Shown here in pieces: positions 1-12,600 of a DNA stretch of 64,000 nucleotides. The notes under the pieces are model-generated. The model saw nothing but the letters and a program-made list of their open reading frames with translations, searched no databases and had not been told where the DNA came from. The stretch's first letter is position 1. Every line of letters starts with the position of its first letter. The DNA comes from Pachysolen tannophilus NRRL Y-2460 (Eukaryota), in contig KV454014.1 of assembly GCA_001661245.1 (NCBI GenBank), positions 1,084,892 through 1,148,891 of the forward strand. Reading direction: 5' to 3'. The position numbers and the translations under genes are program-made.

Positions 1-870
1 ATCCTTAACCTTTTCTCTAATGATTTTACAAAAAAAAAAAAATTTTTTTATTTATTGTTAAAGATGAACAAAATTGTGGTATTATATATTTTTAGTGAAA
101 AATTTATAGTTTTATACAAAGAAAAGAAAAAAAAAAATTTAAAAAAAAAAAAAAAATTTTTTTTCGTGCGCATGCGCAGAAAAAGAGTCATAATAAATAC
201 CGATCAAAACTATGAAAATGAATATGTCCTCTTGTCCTGTCTTTCACCGGTCTTTTAATTGTTTCAATTGTTTATTGACTATTCATTTTTCTTTACAAGT
301 GGAAAGTTTTATTTTACGGTTTATGAAACAATTGGTAGATTTGTGTTGTAGTAAAAGTACTTATTAATTGTAAATTAACTCTTGTAAAACGAAAAAAGAA
401 AAAAAATTTATTTTGAGTTTATATTTATTTATATTCTTAATGGCCGGTAAGCGGTAAGCGGTGAGCGGTACGGTGTGAATTGCGAATTGTGGGGCGGTAA
501 ATAGTGAGTGTTTTGGGCGGTAATGTTTTTGGGCAGTGACATAAACTTTTGATCTCTTTTAAAGGGCTTAATTTTTTTTTCGATTACTTTCGATTACACG
601 ACTTTTTTTCACTTTTCTTTTTTTTTTTTTTTTTTTTTTACAGTGCGGGGGAGAAAACGGAAAAAAAGAAACGGAGCGGAAAAGGGACCTTCCCCATTTG
701 GGCTTATTTCGAAGTTTTGTGCTTGTCGGTGCACTACCTAATGATAATGTACTTGTTTTGATATTAAGTGCACGATTTTATGTGTTTTCCTCTTTTAGCG
801 CTTTGTATTTCAAACCACTACTTTTTATTTTTCTTTTGAAAAAAAATTTTTTGGTCGTGCGATTTGGAGC

Positions 871-936
871 GAAAAAATTTTTCAGCCCATAAAGAAAAAA
901 AAAAGAGAAGAAGAAGAAGAAGAAGAAGTTGATGAG
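871..936. promoter_or_regulatory. RRPE-like element (TGAAAAATTTT on minus, 871-884) and PAC core (GATGAG, 931-936) upstream of ERB1
   Basis: Motifs read directly, 90-150 nt upstream of the ERB1 ATG; typical of ribosome-biogenesis promoters. Confidence 0.6.
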
Positions 937-1024
937 TTTAGTTAGTTTTATACGTTAAAGGTATAGGCGCTAAGTTCTAAGTTCTAAGTTCTAAGTTCTA
1001 GGATTTAGGTTATTAAGGCTGATA

Positions 1025-3487
1025 ATGGTTAAAAAAAGTTTTCCTTTTAGGAAAAGAAAAGTAGAGGAAGAGGCGGAAGTTGTGGATCAAAATGTTTCTG
1101 CGGCTAGTGATGATGATATCAATTTCCATAGTATAATTAATGATGAGAGTGATAGTGATAGTGAAGGTGAAACTGAAAGTGATGATGATGCGGGGCTGGA
1201 GCTGGACGAGACTGTGTATGAGAGTGCTCAGGAGTTTGAATCTCTGTCTGAAAATGAAGGTGAAGGTGAAACTAAAGTTCAAAGTGATGATGTTCAAAGT
1301 GATGATTCCGATGCGGAATTTAATTCTCTTTTAGGTCAAGAACCTTCAAGTAATAGCGATTTAAGTGACAACGATTTCGATAGTGAAGATGAAAAACCAC
1401 AAGTTGGGTTCTATGCTGATGGAGTTCCAAGGATTATCAAGCCAGAAATTGATCCAACATATGACTCGGATGATAGTGATGTTGAACCTCAAAATACTAT
1501 TGGTAATATACCAATCTCTGCTTATGATGAATTCCCTCACATTGGATATAATATTAACGGTAAACGTATCATGAGACCAGCAAAAGGTTCTGCATTGGAT
1601 CAATTATTAGAAAGTATTGATTTACCAGAAGGTTGGACAGGTTTATTGGATCGTAATACTGGTTCTTCTTTAAATTTAACTCAAGAAGAATTGGAATTAA
1701 TAAAGAAAATTCAACAAAATGAACAAACTGATGATTCTATAAACCCATATGAACCAACTATCGAATGGTTTACAAGTGAAAAAGAATTAATGCCATTAAC
1801 TGCAGTTCCTGAACCAAAAAGAAGATTTGTTCCTTCAAAACATGAAGCAAAAAGAATCATGAAAATAGTTAAAGCTATAAGAGAAGGTAGAATTATTCCA
1901 CCAGATCAATTGAAACTGGAACAAGAAAATCAAGAAGATGAAAGCTTAAATTTCGATTTATGGGAAACTGAAGGAGATGTAAATGAACATATCATGAATT
2001 TAAGAGCACCAAAATTACCACCACCAACAAATGAAGAAAGTTATAACCCTCCAGAAGAATACTTATTAACAGAAAAGGAAAAAGAAGAATTCCTTTCAAA
2101 AGATTTTTCTGATAGAGATAAAAATTTTATTCCACAAAAATATTCATCTTTAAGAAAAGTTCCAGGTTATAATGAAAGTATAAGAGAAAGATTTGAAAGA
2201 TGTTTAGATTTATATTTAGCTCCAAGAGTTAGACATAATAAGTTAAATATAGACCCAGATTCATTGATTCCAGAACTTCCATCTCCAAAAGATTTAAGAC
2301 CTTTCCCTATTCGTTGCTCAACAATATACGAAGGTCATACTTCAAAAATTAGAACTTTATCGATTGATCCAAATGGATTGTGGTTAGCAACAGGCTCAGA
2401 TGATGGAACAGTTAGAATATGGGAAATTTTAACTGGTAGAGAAGTTTACAAGTTGAACCTTGAATCTTCTGTATCGGCCACCACGGACGGTTCTTCTCAA
2501 GACCATGTAGAAAGTATTGAATGGAATCCATTACCAGAATTGGGATTATTGGCCATTGCATACGGTGAAACAATTTATTTGGTTGTTCCTCCTATTTTTG
2601 GCTATGATATTGAAAATGATAGTAGATTGAAGATAGAACATGGTTGGGGTTATGATACTCATGGACAAAGTAATAATAATAATAAAAATAATAATATTAA
2701 AGTTGGAGAAGATGATGAAGATGAAAACGAAGGTGAACGTGATGACAAAGATACACTGACAATTGCTAAAAAAGTAACTAAATGGATTAAACCAACCCCT
2801 GAGCAATCACAAAATGGTATTGCATGTTTAATAGTATGTAAGAAAACAGTTAAAAAACTTTCATGGCATAGAAGAGGTGATTATTTTTTAACAGTTTCAC
2901 CTGATTCAGCAAATACTTCTGTCTTAATTCATCAACTTTCAAAACATATGTCACAATCTCCTTTTAAGAAATCAAAAGGAATAATAATGGATGCAAAATT
3001 CCATCCTTTCAAACCACAATTATTTGTTTGTTCTCAAAGATATGTTAGAATATATGATTTGTCCCAACAAACATTATTGAAAAAACTTATGCCAGGTGCA
3101 AGATGGTTATCCAGTATTGATATTCATCCACGTGGTGATAACTTATTGGCAGCATCATTTGATAAGAGGGTCTTATGGCATGATTTAGATTTGTCTAATA
3201 CTCCATACAAGACATTGAGATATCATGACAAAGCAGTAAGGTCAATTAAATTCCATAAAGGTGGTTTGCCCTTATTCTCATCAGCAGCAGATGACGGAAC
3301 CATCCACGTTTTCCACGGAATGGTTTATGACGATTTGATGAGTAACCCATTGTTGGTTCCTTTGAAAAAATTGACAGGACATAAAATCGTTAATAATTTA
3401 GGTGTCTTAGATTTGATTTGGCATCCAAAAGAAGCATGGTTGTTCAGTGCTGGTTCAGATGGTACTGCTAGATTATGGACTACATGA
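1025..3487 (+). CDS. ERB1: Ribosome biogenesis protein Erb1/BOP1 (WD40)
   Basis: Acidic N-terminus, BOP1NT motifs ([47 protein letters not shown]), WD40 repeats ending ARLWTT. Confidence 0.97.
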   Translation: MVKKSFPFRKRKVEEEAEVVDQNVSAASDDDINFHSIINDESDSDSEGETESDDDAGLELDETVYESAQEFESLSENEGEGETKVQSDDVQSDDSDAEFNSLLGQEPSSNSDLSDNDFDSEDEKPQVGFYADGVPRIIKPEIDPTYDSDDSDVEPQNTIGNIPISAYDEFPHIGYNINGKRIMRPAKGSALDQLLESIDLPEGWTGLLDRNTGSSLNLTQEELELIKKIQQNEQTDDSINPYEPTIEWFTSEKELMPLTAVPEPKRRFVPSKHEAKRIMKIVKAIREGRIIPPDQLKLEQENQEDESLNFDLWETEGDVNEHIMNLRAPKLPPPTNEESYNPPEEYLLTEKEKEEFLSKDFSDRDKNFIPQKYSSLRKVPGYNESIRERFERCLDLYLAPRVRHNKLNIDPDSLIPELPSPKDLRPFPIRCSTIYEGHTSKIRTLSIDPNGLWLATGSDDGTVRIWEILTGREVYKLNLESSVSATTDGSSQDHVESIEWNPLPELGLLAIAYGETIYLVVPPIFGYDIENDSRLKIEHGWGYDTHGQSNNNNKNNNIKVGEDDEDENEGERDDKDTLTIAKKVTKWIKPTPEQSQNGIACLIVCKKTVKKLSWHRRGDYFLTVSPDSANTSVLIHQLSKHMSQSPFKKSKGIIMDAKFHPFKPQLFVCSQRYVRIYDLSQQTLLKKLMPGARWLSSIDIHPRGDNLLAASFDKRVLWHDLDLSNTPYKTLRYHDKAVRSIKFHKGGLPLFSSAADDGTIHVFHGMVYDDLMSNPLLVPLKKLTGHKIVNNLGVLDLIWHPKEAWLFSAGSDGTARLWTT

Positions 3488-3861
3488 AATACTGTTGTAT
3501 TCAACTTGTTTGTTAAAACCTTCTTTTTATTTTGTGTTTTTTTTTTTCTTAATTGCTCAAACTTGAGATTGATAGAATCATCGCTATAATAAAAAGGCAA
3601 ATGAATATATTGTTATAAAAGAAAAATCAATTAATAAATAAAGAAACTGTATTTGTAAAATCAAAAGAATGCAATACGTAATAAAAAAAAATAATCATCT
3701 CTCCTCCTCAAAATATAAAATAGATAATATTAAAATAATAATAAAAAAAAAAAAAAAAAAAAAAATGGTTCTCAATGGCAAGCTCTCAATGGCAAGCTAG
3801 CTAGATAACTCGATCGAGCTATGTTAAGTGGGGTGTACTGAATCAGGGTGCACTGAATCAT

Positions 3862-5559
3862 TTAAGTACGAACATCAGGTTCTTCTCTTCCTAAAAACTC
3901 TTTAAATTTCAACAAAGATAAAGTTAATTTGATTTCATCTTTTAAGAATTCAGAAGCACCTAATGAATATTTAGATTTATCATTTGAATGTTTTTCCAAA
4001 TATAATCTAACAGTTGCACCTGAAGAACCTGTACCTGATAATCTAACAATAAATCTCAATCCATCGGATAATTTTACAAATAATCCTTGATTTTTAGAAA
4101 TTGAACCATCCAAATCTTTATAACTAAAATCATCTGCTTCTTTTACAAAAATTCCTTTTGCAACTTCAGAACCTTTAAAATTTGAATCATTTATTAAATT
4201 TCTCAAATTATTAATTAAATTTGTTGCAGCATCTGAATCAACACCTTCATAATCATATCTCGTAAAAAAAGTTCTACCATATGTAGCCCAAAAATCGTTT
4301 TGAACAATTTCTATACTAGCACCTCCTTTAATTTGATGTTGTTGATCATAAAAAGCCAAGATATTCAACCAAGCTACAATTGCCCAAACACCATCTTTTT
4401 CTCTAATATGATCAGAACCTGTACCAAAACTTTCTTCACCACAAATTGATAATTTCTTTGCATCAAATAATGCACAAAAAAATTTCCATCCAGTTGGAAC
4501 TTCATAACAATTTAAATTTTTTGCCTTTGCAACCAAGTCCAATGCACCACTTGTTGGCATTGATCTTGCTAAACCGTAAATTCCAGTTTGTTTAAAATAA
4601 GGGATGGCTTTATCTGCATGATGAGCAATAATGGCTACAGAATCACCTGGAGATACAAAAGTACCTGCACCATAAATCATGTTTCTATCACCATCACCAT
4701 CAGAAGCAGCACCAAAGGGGATTTTTTCATCATCAACTTTTTCTACTAAATCATGAGCATAAGTTAAATTTGGATCTGGATGTAATCCACCAAAATCAGG
4801 TTTTGGTATATAATTTTGAATTGAAGATAATGGTAAACCTAATTCATCAATAAAAATTGCCTTTCCATAAGGTCCAGTAACACCATTCATAGCATCAAAT
4901 AAAACTTTAAAACCTTCTGGTGATCTTTTAATAATAAAATTTTTAATCATTTCAAAATCAAAAATTTTTTTCAACATTTCAACATAATCTTTTGTTGGAT
5001 CAATAATATCAACATCTAAATCACCATATTTTGTTAATCCAATTTTAGAAAGATCAATTTGTGGGAAATTTTTAATAATTTTATAATTTTTAAGTTTTGA
5101 AGCATTTTCAAAAATTTTATTTGTTACTGATTCAGGAGCTGGACCACCATTACTTAAATTATATTTGATACCAAAATCATTTTTTGGACCACCAGGATTA
5201 TGAGATGCAGTTAAAATGATACCACCAGTAACTTTACCCTTACCATAAGTTCTAATAACATTAGATGCAGCAGGTGTTGACAAAATCCCATCTTTACCAA
5301 CAATTAATTTTCTAACCCCATTTGCCGCACCAATCTGAGCAATCAATTGTACAACGTTATCATTATAAAATCTACCATCACCACCAATAACTAAAGTCGA
5401 ACCTTCCGAACCTTCAGGTATAGACTCAAAAACAGCTTGTAAAAAATTCTCAGTATAATTCTTAGATTGAAAAACTGCAGTTTTTTTCCTCAATCCTGAA
5501 GTCCCTGGCTTTTGATCCTTAAAAGGAGTCGTAGGGATTGAAATAACTTCAAATGGCAT
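3862..5559 (-). CDS. PGM2: Phosphoglucomutase (PGM1/PGM2 family)
   Basis: DQKPGTSGLRKK, catalytic TASHNP, metal-binding DGDGDR, GEESFG, C-terminal PDVRT. Confidence 0.95.
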   Translation of the reverse strand: MPFEVISIPTTPFKDQKPGTSGLRKKTAVFQSKNYTENFLQAVFESIPEGSEGSTLVIGGDGRFYNDNVVQLIAQIGAANGVRKLIVGKDGILSTPAASNVIRTYGKGKVTGGIILTASHNPGGPKNDFGIKYNLSNGGPAPESVTNKIFENASKLKNYKIIKNFPQIDLSKIGLTKYGDLDVDIIDPTKDYVEMLKKIFDFEMIKNFIIKRSPEGFKVLFDAMNGVTGPYGKAIFIDELGLPLSSIQNYIPKPDFGGLHPDPNLTYAHDLVEKVDDEKIPFGAASDGDGDRNMIYGAGTFVSPGDSVAIIAHHADKAIPYFKQTGIYGLARSMPTSGALDLVAKAKNLNCYEVPTGWKFFCALFDAKKLSICGEESFGTGSDHIREKDGVWAIVAWLNILAFYDQQHQIKGGASIEIVQNDFWATYGRTFFTRYDYEGVDSDAATNLINNLRNLINDSNFKGSEVAKGIFVKEADDFSYKDLDGSISKNQGLFVKLSDGLRFIVRLSGTGSSGATVRLYLEKHSNDKSKYSLGASEFLKDEIKLTLSLLKFKEFLGREEPDVRT

Positions 5560-6504
5560 GATTTAAAAATAATATTTTGTGAAAAAATAATAAAATTAAT
5601 TAAAAGGCTTCTTAATACAAAATCAAGAAAAAAAAATTATTAATTTCTTCAAATTCTCTGTATTTATTCTTCAATCAATATACTTGCCTCGATTCTATCG
5701 ATGCCAATAATGATCACAAGTCCTCTTTAAACTATATTTAAATAAATGAATAATGAATAATTATATTTAATATATATATATAAAAAAAAAGATCGGTTTT
5801 TTTTTCACTGTTTACTTTTTCCAATGAAGATCTTCAAAAAAAAAAGAAAAAAAAAATTTTTGGGCAAAAAGAAGCGATGAGCTCCGACAACGACAAAACA
5901 ATTTAAATATAAGTTAAAAAATAGGATTAGCTTGGTTTGTTTTTGGAAGTTAATAGAGTAAAGAGTTAGATATATTTTGTAATCTTAATTTTTTAGTGTA
6001 GATTTGTTTGCTCTTGGTAGTAGTTGTACTCCTTAAATAATTATTTGCTGTGATGGAATCTGATGAAATATTACATATGCATAACGTACAACATATAACA
6101 TACAATGTACAACATACAATATTACAATGAATGTACAATGCTACAGCGTATTTTAGAGTGGAATAAGCTAATTGGGATTATCTTAAATGCCAGAAAAATT
6201 GGGGGCAGGAAAACTTATGTTTTTTGGTGTGTTGATGATGGTGGTGTTTTTAAAATGATTTGCAATGTTTGGAATAATAAAAAAACCTTTCTTTTCGAAA
6301 ACAAGTTTGAAGTATAAACAGTTTGGATAAAAACTTTTTTTTTCTGAATCTATTTGTCTGACACTAACAGTTGGAATTTGGAGTTGATAGTGGGGAATAC
6401 TCTAAAGAAGATATATCTTTATAGTAAACTTACAAATGATCAACTTTTGTTGTTGTTTGAGTTTTTACTTTCTGTCTCGTTATATGCATGATTATGCACC
6501 ATTT

Positions 6505-7791
6505 TTAAACCTTGGTTGAATTTATACAATTTTGTTCAATTTTCCATCTCACCACTTTATCGATGGCTTCAGCAACGTATTTAACATTTTGTTCGTTTAA
6601 ACCTGAAATAGACATTCTACCGTTTCTAAGCATATATATGGCATAATTAGTTTCTAATTTTTCAACTTCATCTGAAGATAATCCAGTAAATGAAAACATA
6701 CCTTTTTGGTTTGTTATATGATCCCAATTTCCTGGAGTTTTCAAATGAATTAATTCTTTCTTTAATAAGAATCTCATTTTAGAGATTCTCTTGGACATGA
6801 TAGATAAATCGGATTCCCATTGTTTTAATAAATTATTATTGGTTAATATTGTTGCAATTATTTTTGCTCCATAACCTGGAGGATTTGAATATTCTGTTCT
6901 TATAATTCTTTCCAATTGAGATTGTATTGCTTGATTTAATAAATGATTAGAATCTTTATGAATAATATGTAAACATCCAATTCTTTCTGAATATAATCCA
7001 AAATTTTTAGCAAATGATTGACAAACTAAAAATGACATTTGAGGGAAAAATTCACAAATAATTTTGAAAACTATTGAATCCATTTTAAATGAACCTGAAC
7101 AAAAACCTTGATATGCTGTATCAAATATAGGTAAATGATTTTTTTCATATAATTCTTTTAATATTTGAATCCATTGTTCATATGTTGGATCTACTCCAGT
7201 TGGATTATGTCCACATGTATGTAATAAAAAAATTGAAGGAGATGGTGCAGATTTAATACAATTGATAAATCCATTAATATCTAAATTTTTTTCTTTATTA
7301 TTCCAATAAGGATAATTTAATATTTTAAAATCTTGGAAAATTTGTTTATGATTCCCCCAACTTGGTGATGAAATATAAATATTATTACCATTAAAAAATT
7401 TTTTTAAAAAAATATTTGCAATATGAAGTGATCCAGTACCAGATAATGTTTGAATTGAAACTAATTTCCCCAAAATTTCTTTATAATTTTTATAATTTTC
7501 ATCTAATAGGATTTTAAATGATGATTTTAATAAATTTAAATCTCCTCTTATAGGTAAATATTCATGATCAAAATCTATCATCTTAAATAATTGAGTACTT
7601 GCGAGTTTAACACTTGGTAATATAAATGGTTTACCATATTCATCTCTATATGCACCAATACCAAGATCAACTTTTAATTTTCTAGTATCTTTTAAATACC
7701 TTTGCTTTAAATCAAATACCAGATCAGGTGCAAGTTTAGGAATACTCTTGAATAATGTACCAGTAGATATAAACCTCTTCTTCATAACCAT
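6505..7791 (-). CDS. Aspartate aminotransferase, cytosolic (Aat2-like) type with a short basic N-terminal extension
   Basis: VDLGIGAYRD, QTLSGTG, HNPTGVDP, DTAYQGF, PLP-lysine SFAKNFGLYSER, GMFSFTGL. Start moved to the first ATG at 7791; the upstream part of the listed ORF begins at GTG and is low-complexity. Confidence 0.9.
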   Translation of the reverse strand: MVMKKRFISTGTLFKSIPKLAPDLVFDLKQRYLKDTRKLKVDLGIGAYRDEYGKPFILPSVKLASTQLFKMIDFDHEYLPIRGDLNLLKSSFKILLDENYKNYKEILGKLVSIQTLSGTGSLHIANIFLKKFFNGNNIYISSPSWGNHKQIFQDFKILNYPYWNNKEKNLDINGFINCIKSAPSPSIFLLHTCGHNPTGVDPTYEQWIQILKELYEKNHLPIFDTAYQGFCSGSFKMDSIVFKIICEFFPQMSFLVCQSFAKNFGLYSERIGCLHIIHKDSNHLLNQAIQSQLERIIRTEYSNPPGYGAKIIATILTNNNLLKQWESDLSIMSKRISKMRFLLKKELIHLKTPGNWDHITNQKGMFSFTGLSSDEVEKLETNYAIYMLRNGRMSISGLNEQNVKYVAEAIDKVVRWKIEQNCINSTKV

Positions 7792-8607
7792 TTTTAACAA
7801 CAACAACAAAAAAGAAAAAGAAAAAGAAAAAAAGATTATCACAAACTGATAAATCTTATCTTTTGTACCTCTCCACTTATTCACTAAGTCACTTATTCGC
7901 TAAGTCACTTATTCACTAACTAATTCAAATCTAATAGTCCATCTGGTAATTATCACATCAATAATAGTGGAGTTGTTGCTGGTTTCGATGTTCGATCAAT
8001 CTTTTTGTCAAAAGATTTAAAGCAACCTTTTCCCCTCAATTGCTCTTTTTGGAGTCTAAACATAAGTTGAACTAGAAATCATCTAACTTACAAAGAAAAG
8101 AAAAGCTAAAAAGAAGCTCATTAACATCCAATTCTCCAATACCAAGACAAAACAAGATCAGAAGATCAAAAGAATAGTCTATAGACAGATAAGCATTTGT
8201 TAAAATTCTACAAAGAAATTGAAAACGTGAAGAAAATCTTACTTTTTTTAAAAGACTTTTTTTATTTTATTACCAATTCCCAAAACTTTACAATTTACAC
8301 AATTTAATTTCACTCTATTAATACCAAATAACTTATAACTGACCAACAATAGAGTGCTTCCAATTAAACCAGATTCTTTTTCTTTTACTCTTTTTTTAGC
8401 AATATTAATAATTCAGATGATGATCATCGTTTAAATTGAAGAAAATAGTGGTAAACTCCGAAAAGGTGCAAAAAATGCAATGAAAAATGAAAAAACCAAA
8501 AAAAAAAAATTTCAATGAAAAGTTAACTTTTAAAAAATTTTTCATCAACCGAACCCGAGTATTTATGATTCTGATTATAGGTAGGTAAGACCTCTTATTG
8601 TTAGGAC

Positions 8608-9561
8608 ATGTCAGGAATTAAAGTGTTCAGGAGTGTTAAAGATGTTCGGGAGTATAGGTTGCAATGTACTTTGAGAGGTGAAAGTGTGGGATTTGTGCCC
8701 ACTATGGGAGCTTTACATGAGGGACATTGTTCATTGATCAAAGAGTCATTAAATAATAATGATGTGACAATAGTATCGATTTTTGTTAACCCTTCACAGT
8801 TTTCACCTACTGAAGATTTGGATGCTTATCCAAGGACTTTGGACTGTGACTTGGAGTTACTTTCAGTTTTGAAAAATGATCGTGATGAAGAAGAGAATTC
8901 TTCTAGAAAGGTTAATGCGGTCTTTGTACCAACTGTTAGTGAGATGTATCCCTCTGGTATTTCTTTAGATGTTAATGAACAGAAAGGTGCGTTTGTATCT
9001 GTGTTAGGGGTAAGTGGTCAGTTGGAAGGTAGAATGAGACCTCAATTTTTCAGAGGTGTAGCTACTGTTGTTACAAAATTATTCAACGTTATAACTCCAA
9101 CAAAAGCTTATTTTGGACAAAAAGATATTCAACAAACGGTAGTGGTTAAAAATTTGGTTAAAGATTTGTTGTTACCAATTGAAATTGTTGTTCTACCAAC
9201 TATTAGAGAAAAATCTGGCTTGGCATTATCTTCAAGAAATTCTTACTTGTCTGAAAATGCAAGAGATGATGCTGCAATAATATATAAAGCTTTACACTTA
9301 CTGGAATTGGAATACTATAATAATAATGAAGTAACCGATTCTTTAGAATTATTGAAAATTATAGATAACGTGTTGAAAGATTATACAGATGGTACCAAGG
9401 GTAACTATGATATTGATTACGTATCCATAAATCACCCAAAGACCTTAGATACCTTGGACAAAATTACTCCAGGTGTTGGTGCTATCATAAGCACAGCCAT
9501 TAAAGTTCCAAATGGTCATGGTGACTTTACAAGGTTGATTGATAACGTCGTTTTGAAATAA
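8608..9561 (+). CDS. PAN6: Pantoate--beta-alanine ligase (pantothenate synthetase)
   Basis: GFVPTMGALHEGH, SIFVNPSQF, FGQKD, GLALSSRN, RLIDN motifs. Confidence 0.97.
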   Translation: MSGIKVFRSVKDVREYRLQCTLRGESVGFVPTMGALHEGHCSLIKESLNNNDVTIVSIFVNPSQFSPTEDLDAYPRTLDCDLELLSVLKNDRDEEENSSRKVNAVFVPTVSEMYPSGISLDVNEQKGAFVSVLGVSGQLEGRMRPQFFRGVATVVTKLFNVITPTKAYFGQKDIQQTVVVKNLVKDLLLPIEIVVLPTIREKSGLALSSRNSYLSENARDDAAIIYKALHLLELEYYNNNEVTDSLELLKIIDNVLKDYTDGTKGNYDIDYVSINHPKTLDTLDKITPGVGAIISTAIKVPNGHGDFTRLIDNVVLK

Positions 9562-9644
9562 ATAAATCAATATATATATATATATATATATATATACTAT
9601 GTACATAGATAGATAAAACTAAAAAAATTTCCCTTTCTTTTTTT

Positions 9645-12600
9645 TCAAAATCCTCTCTTATTTCGAAATCCTCCCGTTTTAACAACCAACCCATTATTAT
9701 TATTATTATTATTATTATAATTATTTCTCCTAATTTTCTTTTTCTCTCTTTCATCTTTTTCATATTTTTCATATAAAACTCTATCTCTTTCTAAATTTTT
9801 AATAAATTCCAATTTTTTTTGAGTGAAAACATCAAGTTCTTCATTTCCATCATCTACAACACCAGTAACATTGGTATCAGTATTTTGTAATTTATAAAAA
9901 ACTTGTCCAAATTCTAATAGCCACATAGGATCAACTGCAGTGACACAATTCATATATTCTTTTGAAGTTAATAACAATTCATGATAAACGATATATTTTG
10001 GTAAATCACCTAATCCGTATAATGACGATGTTGGGTGCAACATCATAGTCAATCCATTGCGTAAATTCAAATATTCACCAAATTTCTTAAACTTTGCAGT
10101 ATGCTGGTAAAAACTGGAACAAATACATCTCATTATCAAAGTATCATTGTTATAACCACAACTCCTTATCTCTAATTTTAAATTCCTCATAATAACCAAC
10201 AATTGCTGTCTGATATCTCTTGCTCTTTTCAAAGATTTGGAATGTAAAAAATTTTTATGGCACCATAATTCAGAACATCTGTTCTTGAGAAATTGATTAT
10301 ATACATTTAATAACGTAAGATGATCACTTCCTGGTACCAAAAACTTTTCTCTGGATAAATCATTTTCCTTTTGCCTTTCTTTTGTCCTAATAAATACTTG
10401 AGGTACAGATAACATTGAAACTACAGTGATGATTTCCTCAGAACATCCATACTCAGAAGATAATATTAATGATTTGGATAAAGAAGGTTCCATGGGGAAA
10501 ATTGCCATTTTTGATCCTAAACTAGTTAAATTACCAAAATTATCTAATGCACCAATTGACCACAATTCATATAAAGAAGCAGATATTAAATCCTGTGGTG
10601 GTGGATCAATGAATGGAAATTCCAACAAATTATTTATTTTTAAATCTTTTAAAATCAATAAAGTTCTTGATAAATTTGTTCTTTGGATCTCTGGAATAGG
10701 TTGCGGATACATCTCCTCATTTTGTGCCGTCAAAGTATACAATCTAAATGTAACACCGGGACCAGTTCTTCCAGCTCTTCCAGAACGCTGGTTTGCTTGT
10801 GCTACAGAAACAGGACAAACTTGCAATGTATCCATCCCCAACTTAGGATTGAAAACGTTCAACTTACTAAACCCTGAATCTATAACATACTTAACACCAT
10901 CAACTGTCAATGAAGTTTCTGCTATATTAGTGGCAACGATGCATTTTCTAATTTTGGATTTTTTAAAAATTTTGGATTGCAAATCCGATGGCAAGGTTGA
11001 GTAAATAGGTAAGATACTCAATGGAGCCACATCTGGTAGTTCTGAAATTTGCTGCAGTAAGTTTTCGCAAGTAATATCAATATCTTCTTTACCAGTAAGA
11101 AAAATTAAAATGTCACCAGACTTGTTGACACTGTTGATATGAATTTTCAACAGTTGCCTTATTGCCTCATCAACGTAATCTTTTGTAGGATATGCTGTAT
11201 GCAAAATTTCAACAGGATAAGTTCTACCAGGGATTCTATACTGTGGAGCATTCCCAAAAAAATTAGAGAATTGGTCAGCATTTATAGTGGCAGATGTAAT
11301 GATTAATTTCAAATCCAATCTTCTTGGCAAAATTGTCTTGAATAGACCTAGCAATAAATCTGTGTTTAAAGATCTTTCATGGGCTTCATCAATAATAATT
11401 GCTGAATATTTGTCCAAATTATCATCCATCATTAATTCTCTTAGCAAGGTACCATCACTCAAAAATTTTATTTTTGTTTTGTCTGATGTTACATTTTCAA
11501 ATCTGATTGAGTACCCAACTTCTTCACCAAGTTTAACTTTTCTTTCATCAGCTATTCTTTTTGCAAGACTCACTGCAGCAACACGTCTTGGTTGTGTTAC
11601 ACCTATCATTTTACCCCTATTTGCGTAACCGGCTTCATACAAATATTGTGGTATTTGCGTGGTTTTACCACTTCCAGTTTCACCAATAATAACAATTATT
11701 TGGTTCTCATTAATTACTTGCATTAATTCGTTTTTTACTTCATAAATTGGTAAACGTTTTCTAACCAGATTTATCTCTTCATCATGCAAATCATCAGAAG
11801 GTTTTTGATTTTCCTCATCTATCTCCTCTTCATCTTCTTCATCATTTTCTTCTTCTTTTATCCCCATAACATTACCCAACATCGTACCAGCAATATTGGC
11901 AGCATCCTTTGCTTGTTTTTCCTTTTCAATTTTTTGTCTACTTTCTCTAACCATTAACGAGCCATTTTTCGCTGCAAAGGCCAATTCCCCATCAGGTTCC
12001 CTAAAGACATTTATAGGGTCCTTCTGCCTACTTAATACTATATCTGCATTCAGATTGTCCAAAAAGGGTGGAATTAGGTGCTGAACCGATATTTGAAATT
12101 TCAAAGAATCATCTTCTTCAATTAGGTCTTTATCCTTAGTAGGGTCATAGAGTTTACCACCACCTAAAGATGTCCGTAATTGATTCTCGATCCACAAATC
12201 ATTTTCTCTGTTTCGTTCTCGATTCCTTAAATTTTGTTGTGTATTACCATGTTGTTTTCTTTTTTCAAATTGATTCTTGGGTGTATAATTATAATCATCA
12301 TAATCATTATAAAAACTGGATAAGTTGTTCCTGTCATATATTTCGTCTTGCATATACCACAATCTTTCTTCTTCTATATCAGAAGGATTTTCAGTATATG
12401 TATTAGATGTCACCTCATTGGTATCCAGGTCAAAAATTTTAGAAGACATGGAGTTAGTTGAAGCAATAGTTGAAAGAGAAGGTTTATGTTCTTTTTCTTT
12501 TTCTTTTTCTTTTATACCTGTACCAACAATATTTTCATGAATATTTAATGAATTTTCATTTTCTTCAAATTTGCTACGATTACCATTCAATTTTAATGCC

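Noticed and set aside
55..892. Short Phe/Lys-rich ORFs at the window start (and similar ones at 43855-44994, 48427, 39865)
   Set aside because: Translations of poly(dA:dT) tracts, often with non-ATG starts and no recognisable domain.
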